Shown here: one piece after another, positions 17,727-26,015 of the stretch
How the letters are laid out: each line of letters begins with the position of its first letter
Numbering within the stretch: position 1 is the first letter of the stretch
Assembly: GCA_038214755.1 (NCBI GenBank)
Contig: JBBQRQ010000067.1
Span: forward strand, 1 to 27,310
Source: Verrucomicrobiota bacterium
GTDB lineage: Bacteria > Verrucomicrobiota > Verrucomicrobiia > Limisphaerales > CANJXF01
DNA length: 27,310 nucleotides
Direction of reading: 5' to 3'
Notes under the pieces: generated by a model
Database searches by the model: none
Seen by the model: the letters and a program-made list of their open reading frames with translations, nothing else
What the model was told of the DNA's origin: nothing
Translations under genes and position numbers: made by a program

Positions 17727-20012
17727 TCAAATCTTTTTCACCGCAAAACGGATGACGACCTTTTCTTTTCGACCCGTTAAATCGACGGTTCCTCTTTCGT
17801 CCACCCTCAACGCTTTGCCCTCGACGGTCGCAGAAGTGATTTTCCAGCCGTCTGGCAAGCGCGCGCGAAATAAAATTTTCTCCGCGACGTTCCTTTCCGG
17901 CAGCGACAAGTTCGCGAAGATTTCACCCTTGCTCAATTTTGATTGAACATTCAGTGAGACTGGACCAAACGCCGTCGGCGCGCGTTCCACGTTGTAACCT
18001 TTTCCATCTTCGAGCCAACGTTTGGGCGTCCCGAAACCGAGCCGCAAAGTTTCGGGCTTGCCGTCGTTATTCAGATCCCAATCCTGCACGAACAGATGTC
18101 GCAACGTCCAAAGCCATTGCCCGTTGCTTGCCGTATTGGGCGGGCAATAAAAAAATCTGCCGCCGTCGTCGAGCGGTTCCAACGCCGTTCCTTCCGCGCC
18201 GATAAACGTGTTGCGCGTCATGCCGTGGGCCAGCATTCCATAGAAGCTCACGAGCGCGCGCTCCACTTCGTCGCGTCGCAGGCAATCGTTGATGTAACGC
18301 ATTCCGTAGAGTGGATTGGTGCGATGCTGTCCCGTCCAAAAAGTGTGGTTGGCCGCGCCGGAACGAGTGAGTCCCATGCAAAGCCCGCCGTGCGTCTCAA
18401 AATATTTTGGTATCCAGGTTTCCTTTTCGCTGCCGAGGAAAATGCCGGAACCGATGATATAATTCGCGACCAGATTCCAATAACTTCCAATGCGAGTTTC
18501 GGTGATCGGATCGTGAATCTCCTCTGCGCCAAACAGCGCCATCGGAACAAACGGTGGTTCGGTTTCGCGACGAATACTTTTGTCGGCGGCATCGAGAATG
18601 TCTCGTTTGTATTTCGCGGCGACCTCCGAAACACGCTTGGCTGTTTCGGAATCACCCATTTCCTCCAGCACCGGAATCAAGTCGCGCAACGCGGCCCAGC
18701 AACTCGCATTTGCTCCGAGCGAATAAACCGGCTGTTCGATGTCGGTGCAGTAATTGTCTTTGGGCAGCAGGCCGTTTTCGCCGTTGCGATTGTTCAAAAT
18801 CCAGTCGAGCTCCTTCTGCCAGCGAGAACGCAACGCTTTAACGAATTCCACATCGCGGGTCTGCCAAAAAAATTTGCAAAGCGTGTCGAGTTTGTGCGCC
18901 GCAAAATGGTTGGTCAGGCGACGATCCACGAGATCAAGAATCACGGGCAGAAAACGGCGCATGTCGTTTTCATAACCGAACCCCATCAACGGCACGGCGG
19001 CGTCGCTCGTCTCAGCCGCATACATTTTTTGATACTGATTTCCCGCGCTGTAAAAAAGATTGCTCCCGCTGCAGATCGAAAAATTCTGAATGATTAAATT
19101 TTTGAAGGCATGGTTGACGAGCGGCTCCGGCGTTTCGACCTTCGTTCCCTCGGACAAAAGTTTTGTCCAGGCCTCCGTGCAAAGTTTGCGCTGCTCGTCA
19201 TAACTCTCTTTTGAAAAATGAAAAGCGCTGTTAGTCGCGAGCGGTTTCGCGGCGATGGCCAGCGTCGCAAATTTGTTTCCGCTGATTTTTGCGTGCATCG
19301 TTTTGCGATCCAAATCCCATGTTTTTTCAAACCACGCCAGCGTTTCGTTTTTTTCATTCACGGCGACGCCTCCGACATATTTCACCGCTGATTTCGAATC
19401 CATCTCGACGGTGACAAATCCGTTTGAGCCTGCGACGAGAGAAAATCTCGCGAACACGACTCCGCTTTCGGAGAGACTTGGGTCAGTGCTGGCAAACGCT
19501 TCCAACCGATAGATTTCCGGACTGGGATCATGGGAAGGATTTTGGGAAGCGGCGGGGCAGTTGTCGTGACGCGGCGTGGGATGTTCGTAATCAATTTGGA
19601 CAATCGGCAAAAAACCTTCCGCAAGTTTTGGATGTTGAAGTCGGCTTAAAATATCGCCGAAGCGAAATTCGTCCGGGCCGACTCGAAAAATAACGGGCAC
19701 GCCGACATCGTTCCAACTTCGAGTTCCGCCGCGAAGATTGACGCCGCTGCCATTGGAAACGAGCCGCGCTTTGATCTTCGCATTCGGCGCGCTCAAGACG
19801 ATGGGATAGAAACGAAAATCCGCGTTGACGTAGCGCGGCGGCGGCAAAAGGTTGTCAAAAAACTCGTAACTCGCGCCGTTGGGCTGGCCTATGGCGGCTT
19901 CGCCCCAAAGATCGCGTTTGGATTTCAGGACTTCATCGAACGAAGGAATTTGAGACTGGGCTGCAATCGAAAAAGCCGCGAAGAAAAAACTAAACAGTTT
20001 CCACGCCTTCAT
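17727..20012 (-). CDS. Exported hypothetical protein, probable (alpha/alpha)6 glycoside-hydrolase-like; paralog A
   Basis: Signal peptide MKAWKLFSFFFAAFSIAAQ; helical core with NGLLPKDNYCTDI; C-terminal LRLGFGTPKRWL..G....VERAPTAFGPVS, a type of tail seen after six-hairpin glycosidase barrels. Confidence 0.65.
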   Translation of the reverse strand: MKAWKLFSFFFAAFSIAAQSQIPSFDEVLKSKRDLWGEAAIGQPNGASYEFFDNLLPPPRYVNADFRFYPIVLSAPNAKIKARLVSNGSGVNLRGGTRSWNDVGVPVIFRVGPDEFRFGDILSRLQHPKLAEGFLPIVQIDYEHPTPRHDNCPAASQNPSHDPSPEIYRLEAFASTDPSLSESGVVFARFSLVAGSNGFVTVEMDSKSAVKYVGGVAVNEKNETLAWFEKTWDLDRKTMHAKISGNKFATLAIAAKPLATNSAFHFSKESYDEQRKLCTEAWTKLLSEGTKVETPEPLVNHAFKNLIIQNFSICSGSNLFYSAGNQYQKMYAAETSDAAVPLMGFGYENDMRRFLPVILDLVDRRLTNHFAAHKLDTLCKFFWQTRDVEFVKALRSRWQKELDWILNNRNGENGLLPKDNYCTDIEQPVYSLGANASCWAALRDLIPVLEEMGDSETAKRVSEVAAKYKRDILDAADKSIRRETEPPFVPMALFGAEEIHDPITETRIGSYWNLVANYIIGSGIFLGSEKETWIPKYFETHGGLCMGLTRSGAANHTFWTGQHRTNPLYGMRYINDCLRRDEVERALVSFYGMLAHGMTRNTFIGAEGTALEPLDDGGRFFYCPPNTASNGQWLWTLRHLFVQDWDLNNDGKPETLRLGFGTPKRWLEDGKGYNVERAPTAFGPVSLNVQSKLSKGEIFANLSLPERNVAEKILFRARLPDGWKITSATVEGKALRVDERGTVDLTGRKEKVVIRFAVKKI

Positions 20013-20095
20013 TGTTTTTCCACGGCGAAATGCATGGTTTGCGTTCCGTTTAAAGATGAACAAAGACGTAACACCACATCGGCGGAAGGAAAACA

Positions 20096-20392
20096 TTAAA
20101 CGGTCTTCTGAGGCGGCGCCCGTCTGCGAGTAAGCGCTTTTTTGATACCAGCTGTACGTTGCGGGTCTGGCGGCTTCAAATCGTCAAGCAAGCGATTGGG
20201 ACTGACTTCCAAAAACTGTGAGAGGCGAGCAAAGGTGGTGACAGCAAATGGAAAATCGCCGCGCTCAAGAGCGCCGATGGTTTGCACATGGACACCTGCC
20301 AATTCAGCCAAACACTCTTGCGTGAGACTCGCTTTAAGACGAGCCGCACGGATATTTCGCCCGATCACCCGCAGAATCTGCCGGTCGTTCAC
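20096..20392 (-). CDS. XRE-family HTH transcriptional regulator
   Basis: IGRNIRAARLKASLTQECLAELAGVHVQTIGALERG. Confidence 0.9.
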   Translation of the reverse strand: MNDRQILRVIGRNIRAARLKASLTQECLAELAGVHVQTIGALERGDFPFAVTTFARLSQFLEVSPNRLLDDLKPPDPQRTAGIKKALTRRRAPPQKTV

Positions 20393-20422
20393 TGGGTTCA
20401 GTGAAGCGAGGGATTTGCGTTG

Positions 20423-20453
20423 TTGACACCGGATAACGGCTAGACTAGAAAAT
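20423..20453 (+). promoter_or_regulatory. Candidate sigma70 promoter for the cassette operon
   Basis: Perfect TTGACA at 20423-20428, then 17 bp to TAGAAA(AT); lies in the divergent XRE/operon spacer. Confidence 0.35.
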
Positions 20454-20625
20454 GGGGCGCTTCGCTCCTGCGCTAATTTGTCAGCACAGGATTATGCGTT
20501 TGTAGTGCTCAATAAAATTCTGGAAAAACTTATGAAAATTAAAAACGTGAGAAATTTTCTTGTATTGATGGTTTTGGCGCAGTCGGGAATTTTCAATATC
20601 GCGGCACAGGATCCTCTATTTACGA

Positions 20626-21956
20626 GGTTCCCCGCTGTTTTCGGTGGAATAGAAGTTGGGGCTGGATAGTTTGTGGGGATGACACCGGAAAAACTATTTC
20701 AAGAGTTATTGGGATTGGGGCTGAGTTGGGAAGTAATCGAGAGCCGTTTCGAGCGCACGAGCGGGACGGTCTTTTTGGAGATCGGCGAGACGTCGCGGTT
20801 GTGGGAGTCGGCCCGTTGTCCCAAAGAGGGGGGCTTGGTCTTTTGCTACGACCACACCGAAGTAATCACCTGGCGACATCTCAATGTTTTCCAACACCCC
20901 TGCCAGATCACGTGCCGGCTGCCACGGGGAAAGTGTCGCCAGTGCGGGCAGGTCTTCCGCGTGCGTCCGCCGTGGGAAGGTTTAAGCACGCATTTCACCA
21001 AGGAGTAAGCCTTTGCCCTGCTGCTCATGCGCGAGATGCCCATGAGCAAAGTAGCCGAGATGGTTGGCGAGACGGACACGCGCTTGTGGCGCATGCTCTT
21101 TCGCCAGGTGGAGGCAGCCTATGCCCAGGCGGATTTCAGCCAGGTCTGTTGCGTGGGCGTCGATGAGATGAGTGTGCGCAAGGGCCATGAATATATCAGC
21201 GTGTTCGCCGATTTAGTGGCCAAGCGCGTGCTTTTTGCCACCGAAGGCAAGGACAAGGAAACGTGGATGAAATTCGTGGAGGCACTGGAAAAACACCATG
21301 GCCATCGGCATGCCATCACCCAGGCCAGCATGGACATGAGCCGGGCCTATCAGAGTGGAGTGGCGGAGAACTGTCGTAACGCCCAAGTGGTATTCGACAA
21401 GTTTCATGTCATTAAGAATGCCAACGAAGCGGTGGACAAGGTGCGGCGGGCGGAAGTCCGGCTGGGCGGTCCAGGGGTGTGGGAAGCGCTGAACAAAAGC
21501 CAATGGCTCTGGCGTAAAAACCCGGAGAACCTGACGGACAAGGAACAAGAGCGAATGGCCAGGATCAAGCACAAAAACCTCTGCACGGCCAAGGCGTATC
21601 AAATGCGCCTGGTGCTCCAGGATATCTATCGGTCGGCGGATGCGGCGACGGCGCGGCATCGTTTCAAAGTGTGGTGTCGGTGGGTGCGTTGGGTGGCTCG
21701 TTTCCACAAGGCCAGCCTCTTTACCTCGATGGTGAAGCTGGCGCAAATGGTCGCCAACCATCTGGCGGGAATCCTGGCGCATTGGAAGTGGGGAGTGACC
21801 AACGCCTTCATGGAAGGATTAAACAGCGTCTTTAGCGGGACCAAACGCAAAGCGCGCGGCTACCGTTCGACCACGCACCTGATCACCATGCTCTACCTCG
21901 TCGCCGGAAAACTTCGCCTCCCACAATTCTAATTCCACTGAAAACAGCGAAGAACC
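20626..21956 (+). mobile_element. ISL3-family insertion sequence, 1331 bp
   Basis: IRs GGTTCCCCGCTGTTTTCGGTGGAAT (20626-20650) and ATTCCACTGAAAACAGCGAAGAACC (21932-21956) match at 22/25; 8-bp target duplication ATTTACGA at 20618-20625 and 21957-21964. Confidence 0.96.
20679..21932 (+). pseudogene. ISL3 transposase with in-frame internal stop
   Basis: zf-ISL3 (WRHL...RLPRGKC), GVDE, SMDM, FDKFHV and TNAFMEGLN...KRKARGYR motifs. TAA at 21006-21008 splits two same-frame ORFs. Confidence 0.92.
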
Positions 21957-23924
21957 ATTTACGAATGTCCGCGCGGTTGAGGATGAAGGTATACAATTGT
22001 TTTGGCAGAGCAAATCCAACACCACCTATCGGATCGAACACGCGACCGAATTGATCGAAGGCAACACGTCATGGAGCGTTCTATACGATAATTATCCCTC
22101 GCATGGAACAAACACCTTCTGGATGGACACGGGGAATTACGATCAAATTCCGTGGATTCTTACTCCCAAAAAAGAATTGATGCGTTTCTATCGGGTCGTC
22201 GCCAAGGGAACGAATTCGGGCGCGGCTCCTTATGCATCGATTCTTTCACCAACTAACAATGCCGTCCTATCAGGCGAAATTATCATATCTGTCGTGGCGA
22301 CCAGTAGCTACCCTGTGTTGAACACGACGCTGTTTGTTGACGGCCAGGAAATGGAGAGCAGCGACGACGGGACAAATTACGTGATTAATACCTGCGAATG
22401 GCCGAACGGCCCACACATACTTTTTGTTACGGCAATGGCGGAGTCAGGTTTGTCGGGGCAAACAGGAGTCAATTCAACCGACATCGGACGCGCAGTTTCA
22501 TCGTACGTCAGCGTTGATTTTGACAATCTGATTCACAAAGTAGATTTCAGTGAACCATTTTTTGAGCCCTCCTTGGGACAAACCCAACGAGTCACGGCTG
22601 TGTTCGCAGCGAATGTGAACTGGACGCTGCAAGTTCTTGATGAATCCAGCAACGCTGTCCGCACAGTAACCGGCAGTGGCACGTCACTCAGTTTTAATTG
22701 GGACGGAACGGGAGATGGCGGAACAAATATACCAGATGGTGTTTACATGTATTTAATCTCTGTGGAAACGAATGGCCTCGCCTCTGGGTCTGAAGGTGGT
22801 TCCAGTGGCGGTGGTGGAAGCCCGCCTTCTCCCAATTCATTTTTAAACTCCAGTTCCGAGCCAGAGTTTTACGAAATCCCCTTGCCTCCTTTACCACTTG
22901 GTCTGTCGTACGGTACTGACGAAGAAGGAAAGGAAATTACTGGTATGATCGTCCCACGCCCGGCACGCTCTCATACAAGCGCGAGCGTAGGCTTCTCCGA
23001 ATCGGTCGAAAAAGGCGGCCCTTCCCCTGCAGCTTATAGCGGTGGATCGCAAAGCACCCTCGCGCCAACCAAGCCACCTACGAAGCGGGTTAAGAATTTA
23101 GTGGGAACAGTGGGCGTTGCTTACTACGACTGGAGCACTCCTCGCACTCTTGCGGTTCCGAAAAATGGATTACCCCTCTCGGGCAACAGCGGAAAAGTCC
23201 AAATTCAGGGTTCCTACGGCGACAGATTTCTGCCAGATCTCCCCGGGACCGATGTGCTCGTCAAAAGGTTTGCAAAGAAAATGGCAAATGCTGGGTACAA
23301 GTTGAGCTTCAACAAATCGGGAACAAATCTTATGGCAGTAGAACTGAAAAATTCATCGCTTGGTGGAAGCAATCTTTTTGCAAATGTAAACATTGGCTAT
23401 TTTTCCGACCATGGTGAATTCGGCACGACCATAGACTGGCATAATTGGGCCGGCCAATCTCTTCAAACGTATTTTCCCAGCGATAATCCATCGGATTCAT
23501 CCGCTCCATGGATTGGTTTCTCTGAATTTGGCTTCAGCGGAGGCAGCTTGCGCTGGATAGCTTTTGACACTTGTTTCAGTGTGCATCACGACCAGTATTC
23601 GAGCATGCTCAATAAGGGCGTTCTGCCCATAGGTGCTGACAATCATCTTTTTTGCGGAGCGACAACGGTTACCTACGACGTTCGGAATTTGGGCGAGCTT
23701 TGGGCAAAAAAAATGATTGGCGGATTTTTTACTTCGCCGGAAACAGTATCCCAAGCCTGGTTCGATGCTGGAATCGACGCCTACAGAAAGTACTCCGGCC
23801 TTAGCAATATGGTTTTCCGCGTGGTTGGTTGGGAAGACTGTTTCGATGACAAACTAAAGGATTTCGTGAGTAGTCCCAGTGGAAGCCTTACTTATCGTCA
23901 GCGAATAGTATATCCTCCGCCGCC

Positions 23925-24908
23925 ATGAAAACGGAGGCGATTGTCTTGGCGGCTTTTATAAGTTGCATCTCTGGCCTCGCAGAGACTTCCCCACGACAAG
24001 AGATGATGATTGGCACGAATCGGATTGAATTAATCTGGAACGCTCCGCTGTCGAACCACTATCCATCGATGTTATGGGTTTACAGGATTGTCCCGCAAAG
24101 TTTTTCTCCGGCTGTAATATCCAACCTGATGGCACTCGGATCATTCACGATGGCTGACCGCACGCATGTAGAAGGACAACCGTCATTTAAAGATAAACAG
24201 ATGATGTATTTCACAGATGAGAACAAGAGGAAGGAGCTTGGAGTTTTTCCTTCCATCGGTTGGATATACTATAATGATCGCGATGCTGAACCAAAGAAGA
24301 ACGAAGTGTCCACCGTCCCCAATGACGAAAAAGCGTATGAACTAGCTCTCGAGTTTTTACGGAAGTTCGGCGTTGACCGCTCGCAACTTGTGACCAAGCC
24401 GGGAAGCACCGAATTAAAAATCATGCGTGACGTGGAGATTCGCGGCTATTTCAATGATGAAAAGAAAAAGGAGATTGAGGATGTCGTCAATCGTGGTGTG
24501 TTTTTCATTCGCCGAGTGGACGGCATTGATTTCGATGGAATCGGCAGCCGGGGCGGCGTCTATTTTAACTTCGGGAAGGATTGCAGATTAGCGCGGTTGA
24601 AGATTGTCTGGAAAGGTATTGAACCGTTTCAACTTCATAAAACCCTGACGCCACAAGAGATTATGGCTGGCATTGTAGTCGGAAAAACACAGTGGGAAAA
24701 CGGACCGATGGCGTGGCAATCGGCGAAAACAATTACGATTACAAGCTGTGTGCCTTATTACCGCGGCCTGCTTGGCGACGATAAGGAACATAAATTCATA
24801 GAGCCTTACGCAGAACTATCCGCATTAGTGGATGATGGCGTTAGAAAGATAGTTTTGAAGGTTGAATGTCCGACTCTCGGCGAGTTACTCGAAATGGAAA
24901 ACGAATAA
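23925..24908 (+). CDS. Exported hypothetical protein, cassette partner 1
   Basis: 327-aa ORF with signal peptide; ATGA overlap with the upstream stop; paralog of the next gene. Confidence 0.85.
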   Translation: MKTEAIVLAAFISCISGLAETSPRQEMMIGTNRIELIWNAPLSNHYPSMLWVYRIVPQSFSPAVISNLMALGSFTMADRTHVEGQPSFKDKQMMYFTDENKRKELGVFPSIGWIYYNDRDAEPKKNEVSTVPNDEKAYELALEFLRKFGVDRSQLVTKPGSTELKIMRDVEIRGYFNDEKKKEIEDVVNRGVFFIRRVDGIDFDGIGSRGGVYFNFGKDCRLARLKIVWKGIEPFQLHKTLTPQEIMAGIVVGKTQWENGPMAWQSAKTITITSCVPYYRGLLGDDKEHKFIEPYAELSALVDDGVRKIVLKVECPTLGELLEMENE

Positions 24909-24939
24909 TGGTAAACTCTATTCATCTTAGAAAGGAGCC

Positions 24940-25908
24940 ATGAAGAAAATGTTGCCACTTCTGGTGACAGTCTTCGGGTTGCCCTTTCTATTAGTAGGCA
25001 GCGATCTGAAATTGGAAGATATTTCCCTGCATCTTTCAACCAATGCCTCAATTGTTTGGAAGGCCGCAACCAACGATCTTCCAAAAAGCTATGGCGTTTT
25101 TACAAGAGCACCGAGGTTTTTTTCGCCGAACGTGATTTCAAACGCCATTCTTCTCGCGTCGTTTCCTTTGCCGCGTGCCATCTTTGCTTCCACGAATATC
25201 CTCCGATTACAGGACGGAGAGAAAGATCGCTGGTCGCGCGCTTTAAACGTTCTGCCGGAATCGGGACAGATTGACTATGAAATACGATTTGATTCCGGAA
25301 ATCCCTCAGGCGTTCCCGCCGCCGAGGAAGTTTCAAAGCGCGCGTGGAATTATGCGGCTCGTTTTGAGATAGGTGCGTCTGAATTACTCGAGAAACCGGA
25401 GAGCCGACGGACGAATAGATGCGACCACAAAAACACAAATCAAATTTGCTCTCGTCGTACATTCCTGACGCGAAAGGTTGACGGGATTGAGATGAGGGAT
25501 TTTGGGTTTGGAATTACCATCGGCGGCGAGGGACAAATCAAAAGATTTGAATTACTCTGGCCGGAATTGAAGCTGCGCGAAACTCATGTCGCGGCAAGTC
25601 TGGAGGAAATAATCAGACTCATCCGGGCAAATAAAGCCGCTGTGCTTCCGAATGAAAATGAGCCTGATTATTTTGCGAGAGTAAAAACGTTGGCCAAAAC
25701 AAAAAAGCTCACCCTGACCAAAATCACTCCGTTTTATGCCGAAGGCCGGTATGGTGAGCCGCCGGAAAAACAGCTATCCAAACTCATTTCGCCGATGGTG
25801 GAGCTAGAAGGGCGTGCCGAACTTGATGACACGATTGTTGATGTTCGACTTCTCTCGCCCATTCTGACAACCGATATCGCCAGATTTTTGAAGCAAGAAA
25901 AGGACTAA
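24940..25908 (+). CDS. Exported hypothetical protein, cassette partner 2
   Basis: 322-aa ORF, AAGGAG RBS, signal peptide; motifs collinear with partner 1. Confidence 0.85.
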   Translation: MKKMLPLLVTVFGLPFLLVGSDLKLEDISLHLSTNASIVWKAATNDLPKSYGVFTRAPRFFSPNVISNAILLASFPLPRAIFASTNILRLQDGEKDRWSRALNVLPESGQIDYEIRFDSGNPSGVPAAEEVSKRAWNYAARFEIGASELLEKPESRRTNRCDHKNTNQICSRRTFLTRKVDGIEMRDFGFGITIGGEGQIKRFELLWPELKLRETHVAASLEEIIRLIRANKAAVLPNENEPDYFARVKTLAKTKKLTLTKITPFYAEGRYGEPPEKQLSKLISPMVELEGRAELDDTIVDVRLLSPILTTDIARFLKQEKD

Positions 25909-26015
25909 CATTTTGTGCTCGATTGGGCGCAAAGTTCCGCCGAGCCCCGTGAGGAAATCGAACATCGCCATGTGGTCTTGATTTCACCGGAACACATCGC
26001 CAGCCAGTAGAGTCG

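Larger units (their letters stand above)
20532..23928 (+). pseudogene. Secreted multi-domain protein (Ig-like domains + C-terminal His-Cys caspase-like/DUF6345-like domain), interrupted by ISL3
   Basis: Removing 20626-21964 joins MKIKNVRNFLVLMVLAQSGIFNIAAQDPLFT in frame to NVRAVEDEGIQLFWQSKSN..., giving a 685-aa ORF. Confidence 0.88.

Noticed and set aside
14352..19097. Long antisense ORFs (14352..15578, 18096..19097) and similar shadow ORFs
   Set aside because: They lie fully opposite well-supported genes, show no motifs, and are typical of GC-rich codon bias.
21006..21008. Programmed readthrough or recoding in the ISL3 transposase
   Set aside because: The stop is TAA (not TGA or TAG), the two parts are in the same frame, and a residue appears to be missing. 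Mutation is the simpler explanation.
20013..26015. att sites or integrase-defined boundaries for the cassette
   Set aside because: Only a 7-bp CACATCG is shared by the two flanks, which is expected by chance. No integrase or tRNA is present.
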